A DNA stretch of 64,000 nucleotides, from NCBI GenBank assembly GCA_021789895.1, contig JAJYIU010000002.1:93805-157804 (forward strand). The letters are read 5' to 3'. Both the position numbers and the translations under genes were made by a program. Each line of letters opens with the position of its first letter. The stretch's first letter is position 1. Positions 32,649-40,942 of the stretch are shown in pieces. The notes beneath the pieces were generated by a model that was given only the letters and a program-made list of their open reading frames with translations, was not told the DNA's origin and searched no databases. Source of the DNA: Acidobacteriota bacterium. Its GTDB lineage: Bacteria > Acidobacteriota > Terriglobia > Terriglobales > SCQP01.

Positions 32649-35453
32649 TCAGCGGGCGTGAAACAGAACTACATCGGAAGATTGCTGCAGGCGGGCAATG
32701 GCGAGGGTGCCATCCGGCGCCCAGGCGTAGCCGGCGATCTGACGGTCGCGGAAATGTGTGAGCTGGCGCGGCTGGCCAAAAGGCAGATTATTGCGCAAGG
32801 TCTGGAGCCAGATGTTTTGAATTCCGTGCACGGTGCGCACGTAGCTGATCGCCTGCCCGTCGGGCATCCATTCCGGTAATTGATGCAGCGGAAAATAGCT
32901 GATTTGTCGAGGCTGATGCAGGTAGAAAATGGCGCTGACCGCCTTGCCGGTTTGCGGATCGTGGGTTTCAATCAGCAGCCGCTGCCCTTTCGGGGAAAGC
33001 CGCGGTTGATACATCATGCCTATAAATTGCTGCGCTACCTGCCGCCCGCTTCCACCTTGCCGCGGCATGCGATATAGAGTCTGATAATTGTTGTTTTGCT
33101 TCACGTAATAGATCGTCTGTCCGCCAGCGCCATAGAATCCGGCGATTGCATTGCTTTTGAGCAAATGCGAAGGGCCGCCGGCAAGTTGCGCGAGATGCAG
33201 GGTGGCATCACTATAGCCGCCGAAGAGGAAATGGCGGCCGTTGGGGGAGACCACTAAATACGAGGGCGAGATTTGGTTCTGCGTGATTTGCGCGGCGGGT
33301 GTGTCGGACCCCCACTGTGCCCGCCAGATATTTTCATAGCCGGGCTGATGGCGGGTAAAGAGCAGATCGTGCTGCGCGCCCCAGGCTAAGCTGTCCATGC
33401 CGGGCAGATTGCTGCTGGAAGCGATCCACGGCTGGGGCGCGCTTTGCTGCCGCGGCCAGATCCAGATGGCGCTGCTGGCGCGTTTTTCTACCGTGGCCAG
33501 GGTTTGTCCGTTCGCGGTTAGGCTCAATCCGGAAAAAGCTCCCAGGCCGCTGGTAATGGTGGCGCTTTGCCCGCTGGGATAGCCGATCAATTCAATCTGG
33601 GGCGAGTAGAGCATGCTGAAATTGCCGCTGGCCACGGTCCAAAGCTCCCGCGTGCCGGGCAATGCTTCTAAGTCCATATAGATCGCATTCGGTCCAAACA
33701 AGCGCTTCTGCCCGGTGGCCACATTGACCGCGGCCAGACGGGTGTTGGTGCCATTTTTCGTCAAAATGCCGTAAATCCGGCGGCCGTCGCGCGACCAGGC
33801 GAGAACTTTAGTCTGAGGCGTATAGGTAACCCCGAAAGACAAGCTGGAATTAGTCCATTGCATCGTGGGCGGCGCGTCGGCCAGCTTGTGGGAAACGGCC
33901 ATATCGCTGGAAGCGATCCGGAGTTGGTCTATGTTTTTGGTTACATCGAAGCGGATGAATGCGAAGCGATGGCCGCCGGGAGAAAATGCGGGCAAACTTT
34001 GAATATTATCCAGCATCAGGCGCGCCTGGCCGCCCAGCACTGGGATCTGATAGAGGCTGGGGCGAACCAGATTGCCGGCCAGAAAATAGAGATAATTGCT
34101 GTCCGGAGTGAAGATCAGGCCGCGGTAACCCCGGTAAATGCCGGGGGCGACCACCTGTACGCCGCCGGGCGTGGCGATTTGGTGCAGCCATAAGCTTTCG
34201 CCTTGTGCGGTTTGGCGGATATAGGCTACATACTGGCCATTGCGCGAGATGGCGGCATAGGTGATATTGCCGGAAGAGGTGAATTGTTCCGCGCGCGGAT
34301 GCTGCCAGGCGCGGAGCAATGCCTGAGCGCCGGCCAGATACTGCCGCCAAATCCAGTCGCCGCTGCCGGCCAACAGCAGCAACAAAGCTCCGATAAACAG
34401 GCCGCGGCGATGCCGCCGGAGAAGGGCGGAAACGATTTGCGAATCGGATGCCGGGGCGGCCGGGATGGCCCTGGGCGCAGCCGAAACCGGTTCGGCGCGA
34501 CTGGCGGGCGCCGGCGCGCGCACTGCCGCTGCCCCCGCGCCGGCTTCGGCCGCGATCGCGGCGGTCATGCGGCCGGCGCTGGCGCGCTCTAGGCGCTTCA
34601 GGTCGGCGCGCACTTCGGCCGCGGTCTGGCAGCGCAGTTCGGGATCCTTTTCCAGCATCTTGGCCACGATCGCATCCAGCTCCGGCGGCAAATCGGGACG
34701 TGATTGGCGCAGCGAGAGCGCCGGATCGGCCAGGATCTGCTTAAACGTTTCCGCCGCCGATTTGCCATTGAAAAGTTGCTGCCCGGTGGCCATTTCATGG
34801 AATATCACGCCCAGCGAGAATAGGTCGGATCGCGCGTCAGCGGTTTCGCCTCGGGCCTGCTCGGGCGACATGTAAGCCACCGTGCCCAAGGTCATGCCCG
34901 GAGAAGTCAACTGGTCGGGCATGACGGTCACGGTTTCCGCCTGGGAATCGAACCCCGGCAGCGAGGGTCGGGTGATGCGCGCCAAGCCGAAATCGAGGAT
35001 TTTGGCATCGCCGCGGCGGGTGATGATGATATTGGCCGGCTTCAGATCGCGATGGATCAGCCCTGCTTGGTGGGCGGCCGCCAGGCCATCGGCCAACTGA
35101 ATGCCCCAGTGCAGAATCTGCGGCAGCGGCTGCGGCTGGCCATGGATTTTCTCGCGCAGAGTCTGACCCTCAAGCAGTTCCATCACCAGAAACGGCTGCG
35201 GCGGTTCTCCCGTCCGTTCCGCTTCGCCCACTTCATGCAGGACACAGATGTGCGGATGGTTCAGGGCGGCGATGGCGCGCGCCTCGCGTTGAAAACGTTC
35301 CCGGGCCGCCGCTTGGGCCACGAGCGATGGCGGTAAAAGCTTGATGGCCACGCGCCGGCCCAGTCGCAGATCCTCGGCCACATAGACTTCACCCATGCCG
35401 CCTGCGCCCAGCTTTTGCAGAATCCGAAAATGGCTGAAGCTTTCCCCAAGCAT
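32649..35453 (-). CDS. Hanks-type Ser/Thr kinase - TM - TolB-like (PD40/WD40-like) beta-propeller sensor protein
   Basis: N-terminal kinase domain (GAGGMGEVY, VAIKLL, HRDLKPANIII, DFGLARI, YMSPEQ), then an Ala-rich linker and a TM helix (GLFIGALLLLLAGSG). The remaining ~550 aa are periplasmic with repeated PD40-like blades (SRNGQYVAY, FSPGGHRFAF, SRDGRRIY, LSPKGQRLL, WMPDGQAISY). Confidence 0.9.
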   Translation of the reverse strand: MLGESFSHFRILQKLGAGGMGEVYVAEDLRLGRRVAIKLLPPSLVAQAAARERFQREARAIAALNHPHICVLHEVGEAERTGEPPQPFLVMELLEGQTLREKIHGQPQPLPQILHWGIQLADGLAAAHQAGLIHRDLKPANIIITRRGDAKILDFGLARITRPSLPGFDSQAETVTVMPDQLTSPGMTLGTVAYMSPEQARGETADARSDLFSLGVIFHEMATGQQLFNGKSAAETFKQILADPALSLRQSRPDLPPELDAIVAKMLEKDPELRCQTAAEVRADLKRLERASAGRMTAAIAAEAGAGAAAVRAPAPASRAEPVSAAPRAIPAAPASDSQIVSALLRRHRRGLFIGALLLLLAGSGDWIWRQYLAGAQALLRAWQHPRAEQFTSSGNITYAAISRNGQYVAYIRQTAQGESLWLHQIATPGGVQVVAPGIYRGYRGLIFTPDSNYLYFLAGNLVRPSLYQIPVLGGQARLMLDNIQSLPAFSPGGHRFAFIRFDVTKNIDQLRIASSDMAVSHKLADAPPTMQWTNSSLSFGVTYTPQTKVLAWSRDGRRIYGILTKNGTNTRLAAVNVATGQKRLFGPNAIYMDLEALPGTRELWTVASGNFSMLYSPQIELIGYPSGQSATITSGLGAFSGLSLTANGQTLATVEKRASSAIWIWPRQQSAPQPWIASSSNLPGMDSLAWGAQHDLLFTRHQPGYENIWRAQWGSDTPAAQITQNQISPSYLVVSPNGRHFLFGGYSDATLHLAQLAGGPSHLLKSNAIAGFYGAGGQTIYYVKQNNNYQTLYRMPRQGGSGRQVAQQFIGMMYQPRLSPKGQRLLIETHDPQTGKAVSAIFYLHQPRQISYFPLHQLPEWMPDGQAISYVRTVHGIQNIWLQTLRNNLPFGQPRQLTHFRDRQIAGYAWAPDGTLAIARLQQSSDVVLFHAR

Positions 35454-35596
35454 TGGTGTGGCCGATCCCCCAGCTAGCGCGGTGCGAGTGCGGTATTCGC
35501 AGGAATTCTCGTAATCATATAAATCGGCTCCGGGAATTTCAAGCGAGCACAGAGGAAATGCAGTTCTGGCTTGTGGATGGTACTATTGGCTCGCAT

Positions 35597-36439
35597 TCAA
35601 CGCAATCGAAATCGCCGCGGATTTCGCTTCGCCGTCGGGTGCGGCTTCGATCTCAACCGCGACGGCGGCGCCGGCCGCGAATTCGACGATAGTGCCTTGA
35701 ACATTCGTTCCACCTCGCCGGCCTCGAGCGGGCGCATTTCTCCCGGCGGCAGCTTGCCCAGCGAGAGCGTGCCGATGCGCACCCGCTTGAGCTTTTCCAC
35801 CGGATGGCCGATGGATGCGAACATGCGCCGAATCTGGTTTTTCCGCCCTTCGGTCAGAGTTACTTCCAGCCAGGGATTGGCTTGCGAGCGGCGCGGCTCG
35901 CCGCCGGCCGCGGCAGGCAGCCAGCGCAGGCCCGCGGGCGCGGTGCGTCGCGCATGAGTGGCTTCCGGCAGCACCACGCCGCGGCGCAGCCGCTCCAGTT
36001 GCGCCTCGCTGGGCCGCCCGGAAACTTTCACCCAATAGGTCTTGGCAAAGGCCGCACCCGCCTTCATCACCCGCTCGGCCAGCACGCCGTCGTTGGTTAC
36101 GAGCATCAGCCCTTCGGAGTGATAATCGAGCCGCCCGACGGGATAGAGCCGCTCGCCTCGCCGCGCCGGAAACCATTCGCCTAGATGGCGGCGATGTTGG
36201 GGATCGTCCAGCGTCGAAACCACCCCGCGCGGCTTGTGAAAGAGCCAATACTGCATCTCCGCCCGTCGCCGCAATGGGCGGGCGTCGAGCGTGATGCGGT
36301 CCCGCTCCGGGTCGGCCTTGCTGCCCAATTGCGTAATGACGTGGCCGTTGACCGCAACCCGCCCCGAAGCGATCAACTCTTCCGCCTTGCGGCGCGAGGC
36401 AATGCCGGCCTGGGCAATAATTTTTTGCAGTCGGATCAT
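35597..36439 (-). CDS. rluB: 23S rRNA pseudouridine synthase, RsuA/RluB family
   Basis: S4 domain (MIRLQKIIAQAGIASRRKAEELIASGRVAVNG), catalytic motif GRLDYHSEGLMLVTNDG, and a basic C-terminal tail. Confidence 0.85.
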   Translation of the reverse strand: MIRLQKIIAQAGIASRRKAEELIASGRVAVNGHVITQLGSKADPERDRITLDARPLRRRAEMQYWLFHKPRGVVSTLDDPQHRRHLGEWFPARRGERLYPVGRLDYHSEGLMLVTNDGVLAERVMKAGAAFAKTYWVKVSGRPSEAQLERLRRGVVLPEATHARRTAPAGLRWLPAAAGGEPRRSQANPWLEVTLTEGRKNQIRRMFASIGHPVEKLKRVRIGTLSLGKLPPGEMRPLEAGEVERMFKALSSNSRPAPPSRLRSKPHPTAKRNPRRFRLR

Positions 36440-36722
36440 GGCTAGACTTTCAAACAACGAGCACCATATTCATGATGTCATGCGCAATTGCGGCTGGAGG
36501 ATCGCGCAGTCTTTCCTCTATGTAGTGCTGTCTATATGCACTACGAAGCTGCTGGCTAGGATTAGAAAACTTTAATGAAAATGAGACACTTTGCCTTTTT
36601 CTCTTTTTGCTCGTCCGCTGAATAAACTACTTCCAAATCAATCACTTAGCCGAGATTTTGCCTGCTTTCCCCGGCGCCTGGTGTCTCACGGCTTCATCGC
36701 GGGCGAACCGTCGGCACGGCCA

Positions 36723-37409
36723 TTAACGCTCTTGGGAGTCAACCGTGGTGGTTTCCGGGATGGGGGTTTCGGCCGGTTCGGCTGACGGGACTGGGGTCGC
36801 CACGCTTTCGGCTGCGGCTTCCGGCGCGGTGTCGGCCGGGGCGGATTCCGGCTCGGCGTCGGAGGAAGCAATGCCCTCCATGCCGGCCTGGAGCATCTCC
36901 TCGAATTCCTTCATGGTGGGCAGGTCGGAGAGGCTGGAAAGACCGAATTTGAGCAGGAAATCGCGGGTAGTGCGGTAAAGAATCGGCTTGCCGACGACGT
37001 CTTTGCGGCCGGCGGTGGTAATCAGCTTTTTTTCCAGCAGAGTGTTGAGCACGCCGCTGGCATCCACACCGCGGATTTCGCGGATTTCCGGCGCGGTGAC
37101 GGGTTGGCGGTAAGCGATGACCGCGAGGGTTTCCAGCGCCGGGAGCGAAAGCCGCATGGGGGGCTTGAGATTGTGTATGAACTGCCGCACGGATTCGTGG
37201 TGCTGCGGCTTGGTCATCAGGCGCCAGCCGCCGGCGACGGTCTTCAGCTCGATGCCGAAATCGTCGGCGGCGTAACGGGCGCGCAGCTCCTCCAGCGCGG
37301 CTTCCACCTGTTCCGGCGGGGCATCCAGGGCCGCGGCCAGCCGCGCCAGTTCGACCGGCTCGGGGCTGGCGAAGAGAATCGCCTCGGCAGAGGCGGCCAA
37401 TTCACTCAT
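36723..37409 (-). CDS. scpB: segregation and condensation protein B
   Basis: AILFASPEPVELARLAAAL ... LETLAVIAYRQPVTAPEIREIRGVD ... GRKDVVGKPILYRTT. Overlaps the scpA stop by 8 nt. Confidence 0.9.
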   Translation of the reverse strand: MSELAASAEAILFASPEPVELARLAAALDAPPEQVEAALEELRARYAADDFGIELKTVAGGWRLMTKPQHHESVRQFIHNLKPPMRLSLPALETLAVIAYRQPVTAPEIREIRGVDASGVLNTLLEKKLITTAGRKDVVGKPILYRTTRDFLLKFGLSSLSDLPTMKEFEEMLQAGMEGIASSDAEPESAPADTAPEAAAESVATPVPSAEPAETPIPETTTVDSQER

Positions 37410-38223
37410 GCGCGGTTCCTCCGTGAGGTTCGAGCGCGGCCGAGGCGAAAGCGGCCTCGAAGTTGCTGCTCTTGCGGATCAGGATATCGCCGAAGGTGTG
37501 TTCCTGGCGCAGTTCCACCGCCTGCAGCCGCACCAGCTCCAGCACCGCCAGGAAAAAGGTCACCAGCACCCGCCGATTGGGCGCGGATTCGAACAGCTCG
37601 CGCACCCGCAGCGGGCGCCGCTCCAGCAACAGCAGCCGCCGGCGCAAGTGCTCGATGGCTTCGCCCACCGTAATGTCTTCGGCCTCGATCGCCATCACCG
37701 GACGTTCCTGCAGGCGCCGCAGCACCTGTTGAAACGCCTGGGTGAGGTCGAAGATGCCCACCGCCAGCTCGGGGTCGGCTTCGCGGTCGCCGGCAAATTC
37801 CTCGCCCGCCGGGCGCGGCCAACTGGCGTCTTCCAATTGCTGGCGCTGGTGCAGCATCTCCGCCGCTTTTTTGAACTGTTCGTACTCGATCAGCCGCCGC
37901 ACCAGGTCTTCGCGGGGGTCTTCCGCATTTTCGCCCGGCAGCAGCGGAGCGGAGGGCAGCAGCATACGGCTTTTAATCTGGATCAGGGTGGCGGCCATCA
38001 GGAGAAATTCGGCCGCGACTTCGACGTCGAGCTCGCGCAGGCTGCCCAGGTAGGCCAGGTACTGGCCGGTGATGCGGGCAATAGGGATATCGCGGATATC
38101 AATATCCTGCTTGCGGATCAAATCCAGCAGGAGATCGAGCGGGCCATCGTAGATTCCGCCGACGCGCACGCTGATGGGCGAAGCGGCGGGATTGTCGGGC
38201 TCGGCGGCGGCAGGCATAGGCAT
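37402..38223 (-). CDS. scpA: segregation and condensation protein A (kleisin)
   Basis: This is the C-terminal 273 aa of track ORF 37402..38979, starting at MPMPAAAEPD... and containing YDGPLDLLLDLIRKQDIDIRDIPIARITGQYLAYL. The upstream part of the track ORF overlaps the M50 gene in another frame. Confidence 0.85.
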   Translation of the reverse strand: MPMPAAAEPDNPAASPISVRVGGIYDGPLDLLLDLIRKQDIDIRDIPIARITGQYLAYLGSLRELDVEVAAEFLLMAATLIQIKSRMLLPSAPLLPGENAEDPREDLVRRLIEYEQFKKAAEMLHQRQQLEDASWPRPAGEEFAGDREADPELAVGIFDLTQAFQQVLRRLQERPVMAIEAEDITVGEAIEHLRRRLLLLERRPLRVRELFESAPNRRVLVTFFLAVLELVRLQAVELRQEHTFGDILIRKSSNFEAAFASAALEPHGGTAHE

Positions 38224-38243
38224 ATGCGGCGGCGCGGGTAGGG

Positions 38244-38933
38244 TTAGAGTATCCCGCGCAGGCCAAAGACGCCACGGAAAAACAGCAGGACCGGGGTAAA
38301 CAACCAGCCGGGGATGCCGGCGTAAATGACGCCGAACAGCAGCAGCAAGCAAAGCCAGCCGTGCGCATAGAGCCGGCGGTAGGGGTCGCGGAGAGCCTTC
38401 GGCAGCAGATGGCCGAGCACGTGGCTGCCGTCGAGCGGCGGAATGGGAATCAGGTTGAAGACCGCCAGAATAACGTTGAGGATCAGGCTGTAGTAGGCCA
38501 GATTGGCCAGCGGCGCCACCCAGCCGCCGCGGCCGGCGGGATGGCTGATGCTGGCCAGCGCGGCGGGATGGATTTGGCGGACCAGCAGCAGCACCAGGGC
38601 CGAGAGGCAGGCGATGAGCAGGTTGCTGGCCGGACCGGCCAGCGACACCAAAATGTCGTCCCATTTCCGGTTTTTCAGCCGGGTCACATCCACGGGCGTC
38701 GGGCGGGCCCACCCAAAAAACCAGCCGGCGCCGCTGAACAACATCAATAGCGGAAAAACCACAGAGCCAATTAACTCTAGATGTTTCAATGGGTTCAACG
38801 TGATCCGGCCAAGCAGTAGGGCGGTATCGTCGCCACGCAAGTGAGCCACCCAGGCATGTGCTGCCTCGTGTACGCTGAGGGCAAAGATGAAGGCCAGGAA
38901 CTCGATCGCGATAATGGCGGGATTCTGAGGCAA
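38244..38933 (-). CDS. site-2 protease family (M50) membrane metalloprotease
   Basis: HExxH motif in a TM helix (LSVHEAAHAWVAH), LNPLKHLE, and a second metal-ligand region NLIPIPPLDGSHVL. Confidence 0.85.
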   Translation of the reverse strand: MPQNPAIIAIEFLAFIFALSVHEAAHAWVAHLRGDDTALLLGRITLNPLKHLELIGSVVFPLLMLFSGAGWFFGWARPTPVDVTRLKNRKWDDILVSLAGPASNLLIACLSALVLLLVRQIHPAALASISHPAGRGGWVAPLANLAYYSLILNVILAVFNLIPIPPLDGSHVLGHLLPKALRDPYRRLYAHGWLCLLLLFGVIYAGIPGWLFTPVLLFFRGVFGLRGIL

Positions 38934-39066
38934 GCTGGACTATGATCCGCAGCGTTAACTGACACTGGCATGGTAGCATGGCCGGGTTTCCAGCCCGGGA
39001 TTAAGTGGACTATTTGGCACGCGGGAGGTGTAACATTTTTAGCATTTGGGGCGTTAGCAGAATGAG

Positions 39067-39684
39067 ATGCAAACCGAATCGGCCATCTGGACGGTGTTGA
39101 GCACGTTTGTGAGCGACGATCCGGACCAGCTTCTGGTCGAGCGAGCGCAAGCGGGCGAAGTGGCGGCTTTTGAGCAGCTTTACGCCCGTTATCAAGCGCC
39201 CATCAGCCGCATGGTGGCCAACCTGGTACGCAACCCGGCCGACACGCCCGACCTGGTGCAGGAAGTTTTCACCAAGGTGTATATGGCCCTGGACCGTATA
39301 CAGCCCAATTTGCCTTTCCGGCCCTGGCTCTACCGCATTGCGGGGAACCACTGCCTGGATTACCTGCGCAAGCGCAAGCGCCAACTGGTGCGGCTGGATC
39401 CGAACCCGGAGGCGGCGGAGCACACGCAACCGGTTGACCCTAGCGCCACGCCGGCCGAGCAGGTCGTGGCCCAGGATCTGGTGAACAAGCTGTTTGCCGG
39501 GTTGAAGCCGCGTGACCGCTGGCTGCTGATCATGAAAGAAGTCGAGGGACTGACGCTGGAAGAGATTTCCGCGATGACCGGCATGGGCATCTCGGCCTTG
39601 AAAGTGGCATTGTTTCGAGCGCGCCGGCGCCTACAGCGCCGCTATGGGGATATGCGATCTCACCAGAGCGAGGCATCCGTATGA
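39067..39684 (+). CDS. ECF-type RNA polymerase sigma-70 family factor
   Basis: Region 2 (FEQLYARYQAPISRMVANLVRNPADTPDLVQEVFTKVY ... FRPWLYRIAGNHCLDYLRKR) and region 4 (LTLEEISAMTGMGISALKVALFRARRRL). Confidence 0.9.
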   Translation: MQTESAIWTVLSTFVSDDPDQLLVERAQAGEVAAFEQLYARYQAPISRMVANLVRNPADTPDLVQEVFTKVYMALDRIQPNLPFRPWLYRIAGNHCLDYLRKRKRQLVRLDPNPEAAEHTQPVDPSATPAEQVVAQDLVNKLFAGLKPRDRWLLIMKEVEGLTLEEISAMTGMGISALKVALFRARRRLQRRYGDMRSHQSEASV

Positions 39685-40130
39685 ACTGCCGCGAATGGCG
39701 TCGCCGGAGAGAAAATCAACCGGCGGGGGCGGGACTGGCGCCCGCCGCCGCTGAGCACTTGCGGGACTGCGCCGCCTGCGCCGAGTACGAGCGTTTGCGG
39801 GGCTGGAGCGGAGAATTATTGCGCCGCGGCGCGCTGGAAGCGCCGCCGGCGCCCAGCTTCGCCGCACTCTGGGCCGCGATCCAACGCGCCACGCAACCGC
39901 GCTGGGAGCTGGCCTTGAGCCTTAGCTTCCGCCGCCTGGCGCCCTTCCTGGTGGCGCTCTCGCTGCTGCTGCTGCTGGTCGGCGCCATGGCGCCGCGCCA
40001 GCCCAATATCGCCGCTTCCAGCTACACTTCGCCGCTGCTGGTGGCCGGGCCGGGCCATAGCGCCAATCTTGCTCCCGACCTCAGCCGGCAAGGCGACCCG
40101 GAGGCCGTGCTGGTTGCAACCCAACCCTGA
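39681..40130 (+). CDS. anti-sigma factor (zf-HC2-like N-terminus, single TM)
   Basis: ATGA overlap with the sigma gene. AEHLRDCAACAEY is an H-x3-C-x2-C motif. TM helix LAPFLVALSLLLLLVGAMA. Confidence 0.7.
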   Translation: MNCREWRRRRENQPAGAGLAPAAAEHLRDCAACAEYERLRGWSGELLRRGALEAPPAPSFAALWAAIQRATQPRWELALSLSFRRLAPFLVALSLLLLLVGAMAPRQPNIAASSYTSPLLVAGPGHSANLAPDLSRQGDPEAVLVATQP

Positions 40131-40148
40131 ATCAGGCAGCCTTAGACC

Positions 40149-40541
40149 ATGCGCTGGCGCACCACCATCATACTGATCGCGGTCTTCCTGCTCGGCACCG
40201 CCGCCGGGGTGGGAATCGCCCGCGGCTATCCGATTTGGCGCGCGCATTGGCATAAACCGGCCCCGCCGCCGCACCACGACCGCCAGGCCTTCATCCAAAA
40301 GATGAAACAGCGGCTGAATTTAAGCGATGCCCAAACCCGGCAGTTCAGCTCGATCCTCGACCAGGCCGACGGCCAGTACCATCAACTGCACCATAGCTGC
40401 CACCAACGCTTCCTCGAGTTGCACCACTTTTACCGCAATCAGGTGCGGGCGATGCTGAATCCGCAGCAGTTGCAGACGTTCAACGCCTGGCTGGCGAGCA
40501 TCGAGCGGGCGCGCGCGGCGCGGCGCGCGGCCGGCCACTAG
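40149..40541 (+). CDS. periplasmic Spy/CpxP-like (heavy-metal-sensor family) His-rich protein
   Basis: N-terminal anchor or signal sequence. Two LxxxQ-type helices (LNLSDAQTRQFSSILD; MLNPQQLQTFNAWL) and many His residues (HWHKPAPPPHH, YHQLHHSCHQRFLELHHF). Confidence 0.55.
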   Translation: MRWRTTIILIAVFLLGTAAGVGIARGYPIWRAHWHKPAPPPHHDRQAFIQKMKQRLNLSDAQTRQFSSILDQADGQYHQLHHSCHQRFLELHHFYRNQVRAMLNPQQLQTFNAWLASIERARAARRAAGH

Positions 40542-40942
40542 CTGGAACCGCCGTCAGCCAACTTGCCTTTACAAAATCTTTGGTAAGTCGCCCGGCTGAC
40601 TGCCCGGCAATGCAGCGGATATCAGCGGACCGTTCTTTATTTTTTCTCGCACCGTATTTTCCACGAAACGAAACAACCGGCGCGGCCGGAAAAGCCCGAA
40701 TAAACGGCTATAATAGAAGGCTGTACCCCGCCGGACGTGGTCAGTGTTCAACCTTGAATGAAGCGTCAGGCGAGCCCGGGGCGGACCGGGCGCGGATGCT
40801 GTTTTCCGGGCCAGGCTTGCCGAGGAGAGCCGGGATGGCCGGGCCTTCCCGAAGCCGGCCATGCCAGGTTTAGCCCGAGGGCGGCGAGACTGATCCATCG
40901 CCGCGCCGCGCGCGGGGGAGGGACAGTAAAGGCGGAAACGAG

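Noticed and set aside
32441-32761. 106-aa plus-strand ORF between crcB and the kinase.
   Set aside because: It lies across the fluoride riboswitch (opposite strand) and the 3' end of the kinase gene. It has no motifs, so the riboswitch explains this DNA better.
38224-38979. Upstream 252 codons of track ORF 37402..38979, an apparent 525-aa ScpA.
   Set aside because: This part overlaps the M50 protease gene (38244..38933) in a different frame and is Arg/Pro-rich. ScpA homology begins after the Met at 38223.
40700-40940. Possible SRP (4.5S) or 6S RNA in the gap upstream of the PpiD-like gene.
   Set aside because: I could not find the SRP domain IV consensus (GGUCCGGAAGGAAGCAGC-like) or a 6S-type long imperfect helix with a central bubble by eye. 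It is kept only as an unexplained structured gap (see findings).
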